Below, piece after piece: positions 29,323-38,576 of a stretch of DNA of 64,000 nucleotides. Position 1 is the stretch's first letter, and each line of letters begins with the position of its first letter. The notes under the pieces are model-generated. The model saw only the letters and a list, made by a program, of their open reading frames with translations, ran no database searches and was not told where the DNA came from. Where the stretch lies: positions 10,724 to 74,723 of the forward strand of contig CAZZHK010000013.1 of the NCBI GenBank assembly GCA_964653725.1, given 5' to 3'. The DNA comes from an uncultured Planctomycetales bacterium. Its GTDB lineage: Bacteria > Planctomycetota > UBA1135 > CAZZHK01. Position numbers and translations under genes: made by a program.

Positions 29323-30111
29323 TCAGAGGAGGGAATAGAGGAGGGCCGCGGCAGCGGCGGCGACATTGAGGGATTCGACGCCGGATGCGAGGGGGAGGGC
29401 CAGCGTGTGCGCGCTGGCCTGGGCGAGGGTTGCGTCGAGACCGGAGGCCTCGCCGCCCAGGAGCAGCAGGCCGCGGTCGGGGAGGTCCACGCCGCGTGGG
29501 TCCTCGCCGGTGCTGGCGGTGGCCCAGAGTTCGATGCCGCGGTCGGCGGCGGCCAGGATCAGGTCGCCGGGCTCGACGCCGCAGGCCAGGCGGATGCGGA
29601 ACAACGCGCCGGCGGAGGCCCGCACAGCACGGGGATGGAAGGGGCTGGTGGAGCCGGCGAGGACCACTACGCCGGCGGCGCCGGCGGCGGCCGACGAGCG
29701 CATCACCGCGCCCAGGTTGGAGGGGTCGCGCAGGCCCGCGGCCACGACCGCCAGTCCACGGCCTTGCACGGCCAGGATGGCGTCGAGGACGGCGTCCAGC
29801 CCGTCGTCGAAGCGTTGGCTAAGCCCCAGGAAGCCCTGCGGGGCGTCCACGTCGGACACTTCGGCCAGCAGAGAGGGCTCGCAGGCGTCGGTGGGCACGC
29901 CGGCGGCCTCGGCGTGGGCGATCAGCGCCGCGCCGCGCGGATCGGCGGCGGCGTCGGGGTGGTGGAGCAGCCACTCGAGGCGGCCACCGCGACCGGCCGC
30001 GGCGGCGTCCTCCAGCAGCCGCAGGCCCTCCACCAGGAACCGCTGGCGATCGCGGCCGGCGGCGGTGGCGCGCGCGGCCTTCAGGCGTTCGTTGGCGCTC
30101 GAAGTGATCAC
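29323..30111 (-). CDS. TrmH/SpoU-family RNA 2'-O-methyltransferase (RlmB-like)
   Basis: VITSSANERLK..., LRDPSNLGAVMRSSAAAG, LLLGGEASGL, LPLASGVESLNVAAAAAALLY. Start set at in-frame GTG 30111; the rest of tracked ORF 29323-31371 is antisense to the thiolase. Confidence 0.8.
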   Translation of the reverse strand: MITSSANERLKAARATAAGRDRQRFLVEGLRLLEDAAAAGRGGRLEWLLHHPDAAADPRGAALIAHAEAAGVPTDACEPSLLAEVSDVDAPQGFLGLSQRFDDGLDAVLDAILAVQGRGLAVVAAGLRDPSNLGAVMRSSAAAGAAGVVVLAGSTSPFHPRAVRASAGALFRIRLACGVEPGDLILAAADRGIELWATASTGEDPRGVDLPDRGLLLLGGEASGLDATLAQASAHTLALPLASGVESLNVAAAAAALLYSLL

Positions 30112-30243
30112 GCCCGCCAGTCTAGTGGCGACGCCGGCGACACCGGGACCGTGGACGGATGGGCGGAGCGGGACTAGATTGGTTCGCCAAATTCGCGCTG
30201 GACCAGGTCCCGGAAAGAGCCACCCGGCGCGTTGCCAAGCACC

Positions 30244-31461
30244 ATGAAGGATGCCAGCAGCAGCACAGCCCCCGACGGGCCGCGCGTAGCGGTCGTGGCG
30301 GCGGTGCGCACGGCCATCGGCCGCTACTTGGGCGCCCTGGCGCCCCGCACGGCGGTGGGATTGGGCGCGGACGCGATCGGCGCGGCCCTGGCCCAGGCGG
30401 GCGTCGCCGGCGAGGACGTGGGCGAGGTCGTCATGGGCCAGGCCCGCCAGGCCGGCAGCGGCCCCAACCCGGGCCGCCAGGCCGCGATCCGCGGCGGCGT
30501 GGCCGAGACCGCCCCCGCCCAGACCATCAACCAGGCCTGCGCATCGGGCCTGCAGGCGGTCGCGACTGCAGCCGGCGCCATCCGCTCGGGCCGCTCGCGC
30601 ATCGTCGTGGCCGGCGGCATGGAATCGATGACCAACGTGCCCTTCCTGGTCGAGGGTCTGCGCTTCGGCTACCGGCTGGGCGACCGCGCCCTGGTGGACG
30701 GCATGTACCGAGACGGCTTCCTGTGCCCGATCTCGGACCAGTTGATGGGCGCCACCGCCGAGACCCTGGCGCGCGAATTCGACATCACGCGCGCCGAACA
30801 GGACGAGTACGCGGCCGAGACCCAGCGCCGCTGCCAGGCAGCGCGCGAGACGGGCCGCTTCAAGGCCGAGATCGCGCCGATCCGGGTCAGCGACCGCAAG
30901 GGCCACGAGACCGTGTTCGAAACCGATGAGCACCCCCGCGACGACGTGACCGCCGAGGGGCTGGCGGGTCTGGCGCCCGTGTTCGACCCCGAGAACGGCA
31001 CCGTGCACGCCGGCAACTCCAGCGGCATCACCGACGGCGCCGCCGCGCTGGTGCTGATGAGCGAGGACGAGGCGAGGGCCCGGGACTTGGCGCCTCTCGC
31101 CTTCGTGGGCGCGGCCGAGGTGGCCGGCGTGGACCCCGCCCGCATGGGCATCGGCCCGGTGCCTGCGGTGCGCAAGCTGCTGGAGCGCACGGGCGGGTCG
31201 GTCGACGACTTCGACCTGATCGAACTGAACGAGGCGTTCGCCGCGCAGGTCCTCGCCTGCGACCGGGAGCTGGAGCTCCCGCGCGACCGCCTGAACGTGA
31301 ACGGGGGAGCGATCGCCCTCGGCCACCCGATCGGCTGCACCGGCAGCCGCATCACCGTCACGCTGCTGCACGAGATGCAGCGCCGCGAGTCGCGCCTGGG
31401 TCTGGCCACGCTGTGCGTGTCCGGCGGCATGGGCATGGCCGTGGCCTTCGAGAGGAACTGA
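30244..31461 (+). CDS. Acetyl-CoA C-acetyltransferase (thiolase)
   Basis: [50 protein letters not shown]. Confidence 0.9.
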   Translation: MKDASSSTAPDGPRVAVVAAVRTAIGRYLGALAPRTAVGLGADAIGAALAQAGVAGEDVGEVVMGQARQAGSGPNPGRQAAIRGGVAETAPAQTINQACASGLQAVATAAGAIRSGRSRIVVAGGMESMTNVPFLVEGLRFGYRLGDRALVDGMYRDGFLCPISDQLMGATAETLAREFDITRAEQDEYAAETQRRCQAARETGRFKAEIAPIRVSDRKGHETVFETDEHPRDDVTAEGLAGLAPVFDPENGTVHAGNSSGITDGAAALVLMSEDEARARDLAPLAFVGAAEVAGVDPARMGIGPVPAVRKLLERTGGSVDDFDLIELNEAFAAQVLACDRELELPRDRLNVNGGAIALGHPIGCTGSRITVTLLHEMQRRESRLGLATLCVSGGMGMAVAFERN

Positions 31462-31486
31462 GGCTCAACAAAGGAACCCCCGACAA

Positions 31487-32356
31487 ATGGACATCAACAA
31501 GGTAGGCGTGTGCGGCTGCGGCCTGATGGGCCACGGCATCGCCCAGGTGGCGGCCCAGGCGGGCTGCGACGTGGTCGTGCTGGAGAGCAGCCAGGACTTC
31601 CTCGACAAGGGCTTCTCCCGGATCGAGGGCTCGCTGGCGAAGCTGGTCGAGAAGGAGAAGATCGGCCAGGACGACGCGGACGCGGCGCGCGGCCGCATCT
31701 CCGGCACGCTCGACATGAATGAACTGGCCGACTGCGACCTGGTGGTCGAGGCCATCGTCGAGGACCTGGCCGTCAAGCGCGACTTCTTTGCGAGCCTGGG
31801 CGAGACGGTCAAGGCGGACTGCATCCTGGCGTCCAACACCTCGTCCTTTCCCGTAGCGGAACTGGGAGCGGCCTCGGGCCGCCCCGACCGCACCGTGGGC
31901 CTGCACTTCTTCAACCCGGTCCAGCTGATGGGCCTGGTCGAGGTGGTGCGAACCGACGACACCTCCGACGAGGTCCTGGAAGCTGCGCGCGCGTTCGGTG
32001 AGCGCGTCGGCAAATCGCCGGTGACCGCCGCCGACACGCCGGGCTTCATCGTCAACCGGCTGCTGGTGCCCTACATGGCGGAGGCCATGAGGATGCTGGA
32101 CCGGGGCGACGCGACGGCGGCGGACATCGACACCGCCATGAAGCTGGGCTGCGGCTACCCGATGGGCCCCTTCACGCTGACCGACTACGTCGGCCTCGAC
32201 ACCACGCTCTCGATCCTCGAGGGCTGGCAGGAGCGCTTCCCCGGCGAGCCCCTCTACGAGACGCCCGACTGCCTGCAGTCGCTCGTCGACGAGGGCAAAC
32301 TCGGCCGCAAGACGGGCATGGGCTTCTTCGACTGGAGCGGGGACAAGCGCTCGTGA
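31487..32356 (+). CDS. hbd: 3-hydroxybutyryl-CoA dehydrogenase (second copy)
   Basis: VGVCGCGLMGHGIAQV, NTSSFPV, HFFNPVQLMGLVEVV, FIVNRLLVPYMAEA. Confidence 0.9.
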   Translation: MDINKVGVCGCGLMGHGIAQVAAQAGCDVVVLESSQDFLDKGFSRIEGSLAKLVEKEKIGQDDADAARGRISGTLDMNELADCDLVVEAIVEDLAVKRDFFASLGETVKADCILASNTSSFPVAELGAASGRPDRTVGLHFFNPVQLMGLVEVVRTDDTSDEVLEAARAFGERVGKSPVTAADTPGFIVNRLLVPYMAEAMRMLDRGDATAADIDTAMKLGCGYPMGPFTLTDYVGLDTTLSILEGWQERFPGEPLYETPDCLQSLVDEGKLGRKTGMGFFDWSGDKRS

Positions 32357-33450
32357 GGCTGCTTGCCGCATTCCCCCTCGCCGTTCTGGCGCTGGCCGTG
32401 CCCGGCAACCGGACGGTGTGGACAGAGCCGGCTGCGCCGGCAGAGTTTGCGGCGGAGGGCGACCTGGTCGCCACGCTGGCGTCCGCCGACGGCCTGCTGA
32501 TCCTGGGCCGGCCCTGTGCGCTGGAGTTGACGCTCGAGAACAGGGGTGAGGCCTGGGCGGAGATCCCCGAGGCGGTGTCCTCGGGCCTCGGCCTGAGCGC
32601 CCCGGGCCTGCGTCTCTCGGGCGGACTGGCCACCGGCAAGCGCGTGGCGCTGGGCCCGGGCTGGAAAGTGACCCTGCCGGTCGCCCTGCCCGGCGAGGGC
32701 GACGCGGCCGCGTTCACGCCGCTCGACGTGGCGTGGTCTCTGCCCGGCTGGACCGCGGCGACGGTGACACTGGACGTGCTGCCGGACCTGTCCGACGCCA
32801 CGGCCGACATCGAGACCACCGCCGGCACCATGAGCGCGCGCCTCTTCTTCGACCAGGCGCCGCGCACCGTGGCCAACTTCGTGCGCCTGGCCGAGGACGG
32901 CTTCTATGGCGACACCCTTTTCCACCGCGTGATCCCCGGCTTCATGATCCAGGGCGGCGATCCGAACTCGAAGGACGACGATCCGGCCAACGACGGGAGT
33001 GGGGGTCCCGAGTGGACCGTTCCCGCGGAATTCGGCGCCGCGCCCCATGTCCGCGGCACGCTCAGCATGGCGCGCAACGGGGACCAGGTCTTCGGGCCCC
33101 TGCGCCAGTTCCTGCCCAAAATGCTGGTCCAGATTTTCGGCCTCCAGGAGCAGAAGGCCCTGGACGCCCTGATGGCGGAGCTGGAGGAGGGTGGCCTCGA
33201 CCTGACCGACCGCCCCTCCTACCTGGACTCGGCGGGCAGCCAGTTCTTCGTGGTGCACGCGGAAACGCCGCGTCTGGACGGCCAATACACGGCGTTCGGG
33301 GTCCTGAGCGGCGGCCTCGAGGTGCTGGACGCGATCGCCGCCACCCCGACCACGGGCAGCTCGCCGACGCCGCCGACGGCCCCTGATCGCCCCCTGGCCG
33401 ACCAGAAGATCCTGTCCGTGACCATCCACCGCAGCGGAGGCAGCCAGTGA
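32353..33450 (+). CDS. Exported cyclophilin-type peptidyl-prolyl isomerase with an N-terminal extra domain and an internal insertion
   Basis: Signal peptide MRLLAAFPLAVLALAV. FFDQAPRTVANFVRLAEDGFYGDTLFHRVIPGFMIQGGDP, GTLSMARNGD...SAGSQFFVV. GTGA overlaps at both ends. Confidence 0.8.
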   Translation: MRLLAAFPLAVLALAVPGNRTVWTEPAAPAEFAAEGDLVATLASADGLLILGRPCALELTLENRGEAWAEIPEAVSSGLGLSAPGLRLSGGLATGKRVALGPGWKVTLPVALPGEGDAAAFTPLDVAWSLPGWTAATVTLDVLPDLSDATADIETTAGTMSARLFFDQAPRTVANFVRLAEDGFYGDTLFHRVIPGFMIQGGDPNSKDDDPANDGSGGPEWTVPAEFGAAPHVRGTLSMARNGDQVFGPLRQFLPKMLVQIFGLQEQKALDALMAELEEGGLDLTDRPSYLDSAGSQFFVVHAETPRLDGQYTAFGVLSGGLEVLDAIAATPTTGSSPTPPTAPDRPLADQKILSVTIHRSGGSQ

Positions 33451-34226
33451 CCGACCACCTGCTGATCGAGAAGGAGGGCCACCTGGCCCTCGTCACCGTC
33501 AATCGTCCCGACGTCATGAACGCGCTCAACAGCGACGTGCTGGACGAGCTGGACGGTGTGGTCGCCGACCTGGCGTCGGACGACCAGGTCCGCTGCGTGA
33601 TCCTGACCGGAGCGGGCGACAAGGCGTTCATTGCCGGTGCCGACATCGGCGAGTTGAAGGAACTGACCGGCGAGGCGGCCAAGGAGATCGCCCTGAAGGG
33701 CCAGCGGGTGTTCGCGGCGATCGAGGCCATGGACAAGCCGGTCATTGCGGCCATCAACGGCTTCGCGCTGGGCGGCGGACTCGAGCTGGCGCTCGCCTGC
33801 ACGCTGCGCACCGCGGCGACCACCGCGCGCGTCGGACTGCCCGAGGTCAGCCTCGGCATCCTGCCCGGCTACGGCGGATCCCAGCGCCTGGCGCGCATCG
33901 CCGGCCCCGGCGTGGCCCGCGAGTGGATCATCACCGCCGAGATGTTCGACGCCGCCGAGGCCCACCGCGTGGGCGTCGTCAACCGCCTCTTCGAGCCCGA
34001 CGACCTGCTGGCCGGCACGCGGAAGATGGCCGAGGGCATCCTGGCGCGCGGCCCGATCGCCGTCCGCGCCGCCCTGGAAGCCATCCGGCGCGGCATGCAG
34101 ATGAGCCAGGAAGAGGGTTCGAGGATCGAGGCCGACCTGTTCGGCCTGGTCAGTTCCAGCGAGGACAAGGCCGAGGGGATGGCCGCGTTCCTCGAGAAGC
34201 GCAAACCCGAATTCAAGGACCGCTAA
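33447..34226 (+). CDS. Enoyl-CoA hydratase (crotonase)
   Basis: VILTGAGDKAFIAGADI, AAINGFALGGGLELALAC, GLPEVSLGILPGYGGSQRL, EGMAAFLEKRKPEF. Confidence 0.9.
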   Translation: MTDHLLIEKEGHLALVTVNRPDVMNALNSDVLDELDGVVADLASDDQVRCVILTGAGDKAFIAGADIGELKELTGEAAKEIALKGQRVFAAIEAMDKPVIAAINGFALGGGLELALACTLRTAATTARVGLPEVSLGILPGYGGSQRLARIAGPGVAREWIITAEMFDAAEAHRVGVVNRLFEPDDLLAGTRKMAEGILARGPIAVRAALEAIRRGMQMSQEEGSRIEADLFGLVSSSEDKAEGMAAFLEKRKPEFKDR

Positions 34227-34228
34227 TC

Positions 34229-35443
34229 ATGACCGAGAAGCAAGCAGACGACCTGGTGTTCGTGGGCGGCGCCCGGACCGCCATGGCCGAATACGAGGGG
34301 ACCCCGGGAGGCGGCGCCTTCAAGGGCGTCTCCGCCATCGACCTCGGCGTCCACGCCGTGAAGGGCGCGCTCGAGCGCTCCGGCGTCAGTCCCGAGGCGG
34401 TCGACCACGTGGTCATGGGCAACGTCCTGCAGTCCAGCGCCGACGCGCTGTACGGCGCGCGGCATGTGGGCCTCAAGGCCGGCATCCCCGAGCACGTCCC
34501 CGGCCTGACCGTGAACCGCCTGTGCGGCTCCGGCATCCAGGCCGCGCTCTCAGCCGCCTACCAGATCCAGGCTGGCGACAGCGAGGTCGTGGTGGCGGGC
34601 GGCATGGAGAACATGAGCCAGGCGCCGCACGTGGTCCGCGGCATCCGCAGCGGAACCCGGTTCGGCGTGCCCCTGGAGTTCGAGGACTCGCTGATGGCGT
34701 CGCTCAAGGATCCGGTGGCCGGCCTCTTCATGGCCCAGACCGCCGAGAAGGTCGCCGCCGAGAACGAGATCAGCCGCGAGGCCCAGGACGAGTTCGCCCA
34801 GCGCTCCCACGACCTGGGCGCCAAGGCGGTGGCGGACGGACTGTTCAAGGACGAGATCGTCGGCGTCGAGGTGGGCCGAGGGAAGCGTGCCCGCACCGTC
34901 GACACGGACGACCACATCAAGCCCGACAGCACCCTCGAGGGTCTGGCCGGGCTGCGTGCCGCGTTCGGCGAGGACGGCACCGTCACCGCCGGCAACGCGT
35001 CGGGCATCGTCGATGCGGCGGCCGCCCTGGTCCTGACGACACGGGCGCGCGCCGAGGCCGAGGACTGGACGCCGCTGTCGCGCATCCTGTCGTGGGGCGT
35101 GACGGCGGTGGACCCGACGCGCATGGGCATCGGCCCGGTCAGTGCGATCCGCCAGGCCTGCGAGAAGGCTGGGATGGGGGTTGCCGACGTCGACCTGGTC
35201 GAGATCAACGAGGCCTTCGCGGCCCAGTACCTGGCTTGCGAGAAGCTCCTGGAGCTGGACCGCGACAAGGTCAACGTGAACGGCGGAGCAGTCTCGATCG
35301 GTCACCCCCTGGGGGCCACCGGGGCGCGGCTTCTTCTCACCCTCACCCTGGAGATGCGCCGCCGCGAAGTCGCGACCGGCGTGGCGTCCGCCTGCATCGG
35401 CGGAGGCCAGGGCATTGCGATGCTGATCGGACGCGAGGACTGA
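34229..35443 (+). CDS. Thiolase (third copy)
   Basis: VNRLCGSGIQAA, NEAFAAQYLAC, GGAVSIGHPLGATGARL, CIGGGQGIAM. It is the tail of tracked ORF 33923-35443. Confidence 0.9.
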   Translation: MTEKQADDLVFVGGARTAMAEYEGTPGGGAFKGVSAIDLGVHAVKGALERSGVSPEAVDHVVMGNVLQSSADALYGARHVGLKAGIPEHVPGLTVNRLCGSGIQAALSAAYQIQAGDSEVVVAGGMENMSQAPHVVRGIRSGTRFGVPLEFEDSLMASLKDPVAGLFMAQTAEKVAAENEISREAQDEFAQRSHDLGAKAVADGLFKDEIVGVEVGRGKRARTVDTDDHIKPDSTLEGLAGLRAAFGEDGTVTAGNASGIVDAAAALVLTTRARAEAEDWTPLSRILSWGVTAVDPTRMGIGPVSAIRQACEKAGMGVADVDLVEINEAFAAQYLACEKLLELDRDKVNVNGGAVSIGHPLGATGARLLLTLTLEMRRREVATGVASACIGGGQGIAMLIGRED

Positions 35444-35517
35444 CCATTCACGCCAACCCCCTGATTCACACCGGCCCGGACGGGTCGCGAACGGTCCGGC
35501 TCGATCCGGACCGACGC

Positions 35518-37461
35518 GTGCTGTTCCTGACCAGGGACCTCGAGCTGATCCGCGCACAGCTCAGGGGCGAGGTGGATCTGATGATGGGGGACGTGGATCC
35601 GGCCGACCTGCTGGACGACATCAACACAGACACCATGACCCCGGCCTGGGTGTGCTTTCGCCACCTACCCGAGGAGATTGCCCTGGATGCCTACGCCGGG
35701 CTCGTCGACGAATCGGGCGAGCGCGTGTTCGGGCCGCGGGCCCTCATGGATGGCCAATTCCAGGTCATCGTCTCTGGCCAGCGCAAGGGCACCGGCTCCA
35801 GCCGCGAGACCGCGCCCCAGGCAGAGAAATGGTCGGGGATCGGGATGGCGGTGGCGGCCTCCTTCGCGCCGATCCACGCCCGCAACAACGTTGGCCTCGG
35901 ACAGCTGCTGGGCGACTATGGCCAGTTGGAGCGGCTCCAGGCAGGCGAGGAACTGCTCCTGGCCGAGCTCACGTCGGACTTCGGACCCATTCGGACTGCC
36001 GTCACCGAGGCGGGCGGGCTGTTCCTGTTCAACAGGGCGCACCAGGCGGGTGACGCGAAACTGGACATCCCGGTGTGCGGCGAGCGGCCCATGACCATCG
36101 CCGAGAAGATCCTGGGAGCCCACCTGATGGATGGGCCAGGCTATGTCGAGGCGGGACAGGCCTGCATGGTCAAGGTCGACGGCGGCTACAGCCACGAGTT
36201 CACCAGCGCCCAGGTCCACACCTTCCTTGAGCGCGAGTTCGGCGACGACTACACGGTGGCCGACCCGTCCAAATTCGCCGTGTTCGAGGACCACCTGCTC
36301 TACGCCGACGGGGTCGAGCGCATGGCGCCCCACGCCGACCGCATCCAGACCCTGCGCGACCTGCAGCGCGAATTCCAGGTCCACACCGGGGTGCGCGACT
36401 ACTCGGCCGTGGACGGCATCTCGCCAGGCATCTGCCACCAGGTGGCGCGCGAGGAATTCGTCGATCCGGGCGATTTCATCCAGGCCACCGACTCGCACAC
36501 ATGCATGGGCGGCGGAAACAACGCCCTGACCTGGGGCGTAGGCGCCACCGAGTATGCGGCCCTGCTCCACGGCGGCTTCACCGCCATCCGTGTGCCGGGC
36601 TCGATCCGGTTCGAACTCACCGGCGAACTGGCTCCAGACGTCACCGCCAAGGACGTGATGCTCCACATTCTCTCCACCTTCGCGGTGGAGGAGGCCACGC
36701 TGGATCGCGTCATGGAGTTCGGCGGGCCGGGCCTCGCCGGACTCGACATGGACGAGCGCGCGACGCTCTGCAACATGGCCACCGAATGCTCCGCAGCCAC
36801 GGGCGTGTGCGAGGGCGACGAGAAGACAGCCGAGTGGCTGGCCGCCCGACGCTCCGGGCGCAGCGCAGCGGACATCGCCGCGAACTTCGTGCTGCCTGAC
36901 GCAGGAGCCGCCTATGTGGGCGGAGTCCACGACGTGGACCTGTCCATCATCCGGCCCATGGTGGCCAGGCCCGGCGACCCCACCTATGGCGCTCCTGTGG
37001 AGGGCCTGGGCGAGGTCGTCATCGACATCGCCTACGGCGGGTCGTGCACCGCCGGCAAGGACCGTGACGTGGACCTCTACGCCCAGGTCGTGTCGGAAGC
37101 GCTCGACGCGGGCCGCAGGGTGGCGGCCGGCGTCCGATTCGTTGTCCAGTTCGGCAGCGGATCGGTGGCCCTCCGCGCACGGGAAAGGGGCTATCTTGAC
37201 CTGTTCGAGAGGGCCGGCGTCGAGGTGATCCACCCCGGCTGCGGCGCCTGCATCGGCTGCGGCCCCGGCGTCTCCGAGACGGCCGACCAGGTGACCGTCA
37301 GCGCAATCAATCGGAACTTCGCGGGCCGCAGTGGCCCGGGACAACTTTATCTGGCCTCCCCCTTGACGGTCGCTGCCAGCGCCTTCGAGGGACGCATCGC
37401 CCCCTATTCGGCGGGCATGTTCAAGGGCGAGACCTCATCCAGAGAAGCGAGAACGCAATGA
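35518..37461 (+). CDS. Aconitase-family hydro-lyase with permuted fusion (LeuD-like swivel domain N-terminal to LeuC-like catalytic domains)
   Basis: N-terminal part: DDINTDTMTPA, GQRKGTGSSRETAPQAEKWSGIGMAVAASFAPIHARNN (LeuD-like). C-terminal part: ATDSHTCMGG, YGGSCTAGK, HPGCGACIGCG (Fe-S ligands, LeuC-like). Start uncertain (GTG 35518 or ATG 35581). Confidence 0.8.
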   Translation: MLFLTRDLELIRAQLRGEVDLMMGDVDPADLLDDINTDTMTPAWVCFRHLPEEIALDAYAGLVDESGERVFGPRALMDGQFQVIVSGQRKGTGSSRETAPQAEKWSGIGMAVAASFAPIHARNNVGLGQLLGDYGQLERLQAGEELLLAELTSDFGPIRTAVTEAGGLFLFNRAHQAGDAKLDIPVCGERPMTIAEKILGAHLMDGPGYVEAGQACMVKVDGGYSHEFTSAQVHTFLEREFGDDYTVADPSKFAVFEDHLLYADGVERMAPHADRIQTLRDLQREFQVHTGVRDYSAVDGISPGICHQVAREEFVDPGDFIQATDSHTCMGGGNNALTWGVGATEYAALLHGGFTAIRVPGSIRFELTGELAPDVTAKDVMLHILSTFAVEEATLDRVMEFGGPGLAGLDMDERATLCNMATECSAATGVCEGDEKTAEWLAARRSGRSAADIAANFVLPDAGAAYVGGVHDVDLSIIRPMVARPGDPTYGAPVEGLGEVVIDIAYGGSCTAGKDRDVDLYAQVVSEALDAGRRVAAGVRFVVQFGSGSVALRARERGYLDLFERAGVEVIHPGCGACIGCGPGVSETADQVTVSAINRNFAGRSGPGQLYLASPLTVAASAFEGRIAPYSAGMFKGETSSREARTQ

Positions 37462-38525
37462 GCCACACTTTCGGAGTCCTGGCCGGGGACGGAATCGGCC
37501 CCGAAGTCGTCGATGAAGGCTTGAAGGTCCTCAGGGCCGCAGCCGACCGCTTCGGGTTCGATTACGAGACGGTGGACTACCCTTATTCCACGGACCACTT
37601 TCTCGACACCGGCGAGAAGATGCCCGAAGAGGCCATCCAGGCCATCGGCGGCCACTCCGCCACGCTGCTTGGCGCCATCGGCGACCCGCGCGTCGAGGTC
37701 GGGATGATGGAGTTCGCGATCATCGCCGGGCTGCGCTTCGACCTCGACCTTTATGTGAACCTTCGCCCGGTCAAACTCTACGCCGAGCGCCTCTGCCCCC
37801 TGAAGGGCGTCACCAATGGCGACCTGGAGCTGGTCATCGTCCGTGAGAACACCGAGGGCGCCTACGCCGGTCTGACCGAGGTCACCGACAAGGGCGGCCC
37901 AAACGAGGTCTCGATCCAGCAGATGCTCTATACCCGCAAGGGCGTCGAGCGCATCATCCGCTACGGCTACGAACTGGCGATGGCGCGCGGCAAGCTGGAC
38001 CGCCTGACCCTGGTCGACAAGGCCAACGCCATCCGCGCCCAGGACATCTGGACGCGCATCTTCGAGGAGGTGGGGCGCGAATACCCCTCCATCGAGCAGG
38101 ACCACGCCTACGTGGATGCTGCATGCATGTGGATGGTGAAGAATCCCGAGCACTTCGACGTGGTTGTCACGCCCAACCTGTTTGGCGACATCATCAGCGA
38201 CCTCGGAGCGGTGCTGCAGGGCGGGATGGGAGTCGCCGCCGGCGGCAACATCCATCCGGGCAAGACGGGCGTCTTCGAGCCGATCCACGGATCGGCGCCG
38301 AAGTACACCGGCCAGGGCAAGGCCAATCCGGTCGCCACGGTCCTGGCGGTGGCCATGATGCTGGACTTCGTGGGTGAGAAAGACGCCGGCCACGCCATCG
38401 AACAGGCCGTGTCCACCCTGCTGGCCGACGCGCGCATCCCTGGCGGCGGCGCGGGTCTGCTCCCGACATCCGACATCGGCGACCTGGTGGTGGCCGAACT
38501 GGGTGCCGCCAGCCTGTCCGCCTGA
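37458..38525 (+). CDS. Isopropylmalate/tartrate/isocitrate dehydrogenase-family beta-decarboxylating dehydrogenase
   Basis: FGVLAGDGIGPEV, LLGAIGDP, VIVRENTEGAYAG, LVDKANA, VVTPNLFGDIISDL, FEPIHGSAPKYTGQGKANP. ATGA overlap upstream. Confidence 0.85.
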   Translation: MSHTFGVLAGDGIGPEVVDEGLKVLRAAADRFGFDYETVDYPYSTDHFLDTGEKMPEEAIQAIGGHSATLLGAIGDPRVEVGMMEFAIIAGLRFDLDLYVNLRPVKLYAERLCPLKGVTNGDLELVIVRENTEGAYAGLTEVTDKGGPNEVSIQQMLYTRKGVERIIRYGYELAMARGKLDRLTLVDKANAIRAQDIWTRIFEEVGREYPSIEQDHAYVDAACMWMVKNPEHFDVVVTPNLFGDIISDLGAVLQGGMGVAAGGNIHPGKTGVFEPIHGSAPKYTGQGKANPVATVLAVAMMLDFVGEKDAGHAIEQAVSTLLADARIPGGGAGLLPTSDIGDLVVAELGAASLSA

Positions 38526-38576
38526 CCCGGTCCCAGCGTCAGGGACATTTCCGCCATGGTAGACTGACAGTGACTC

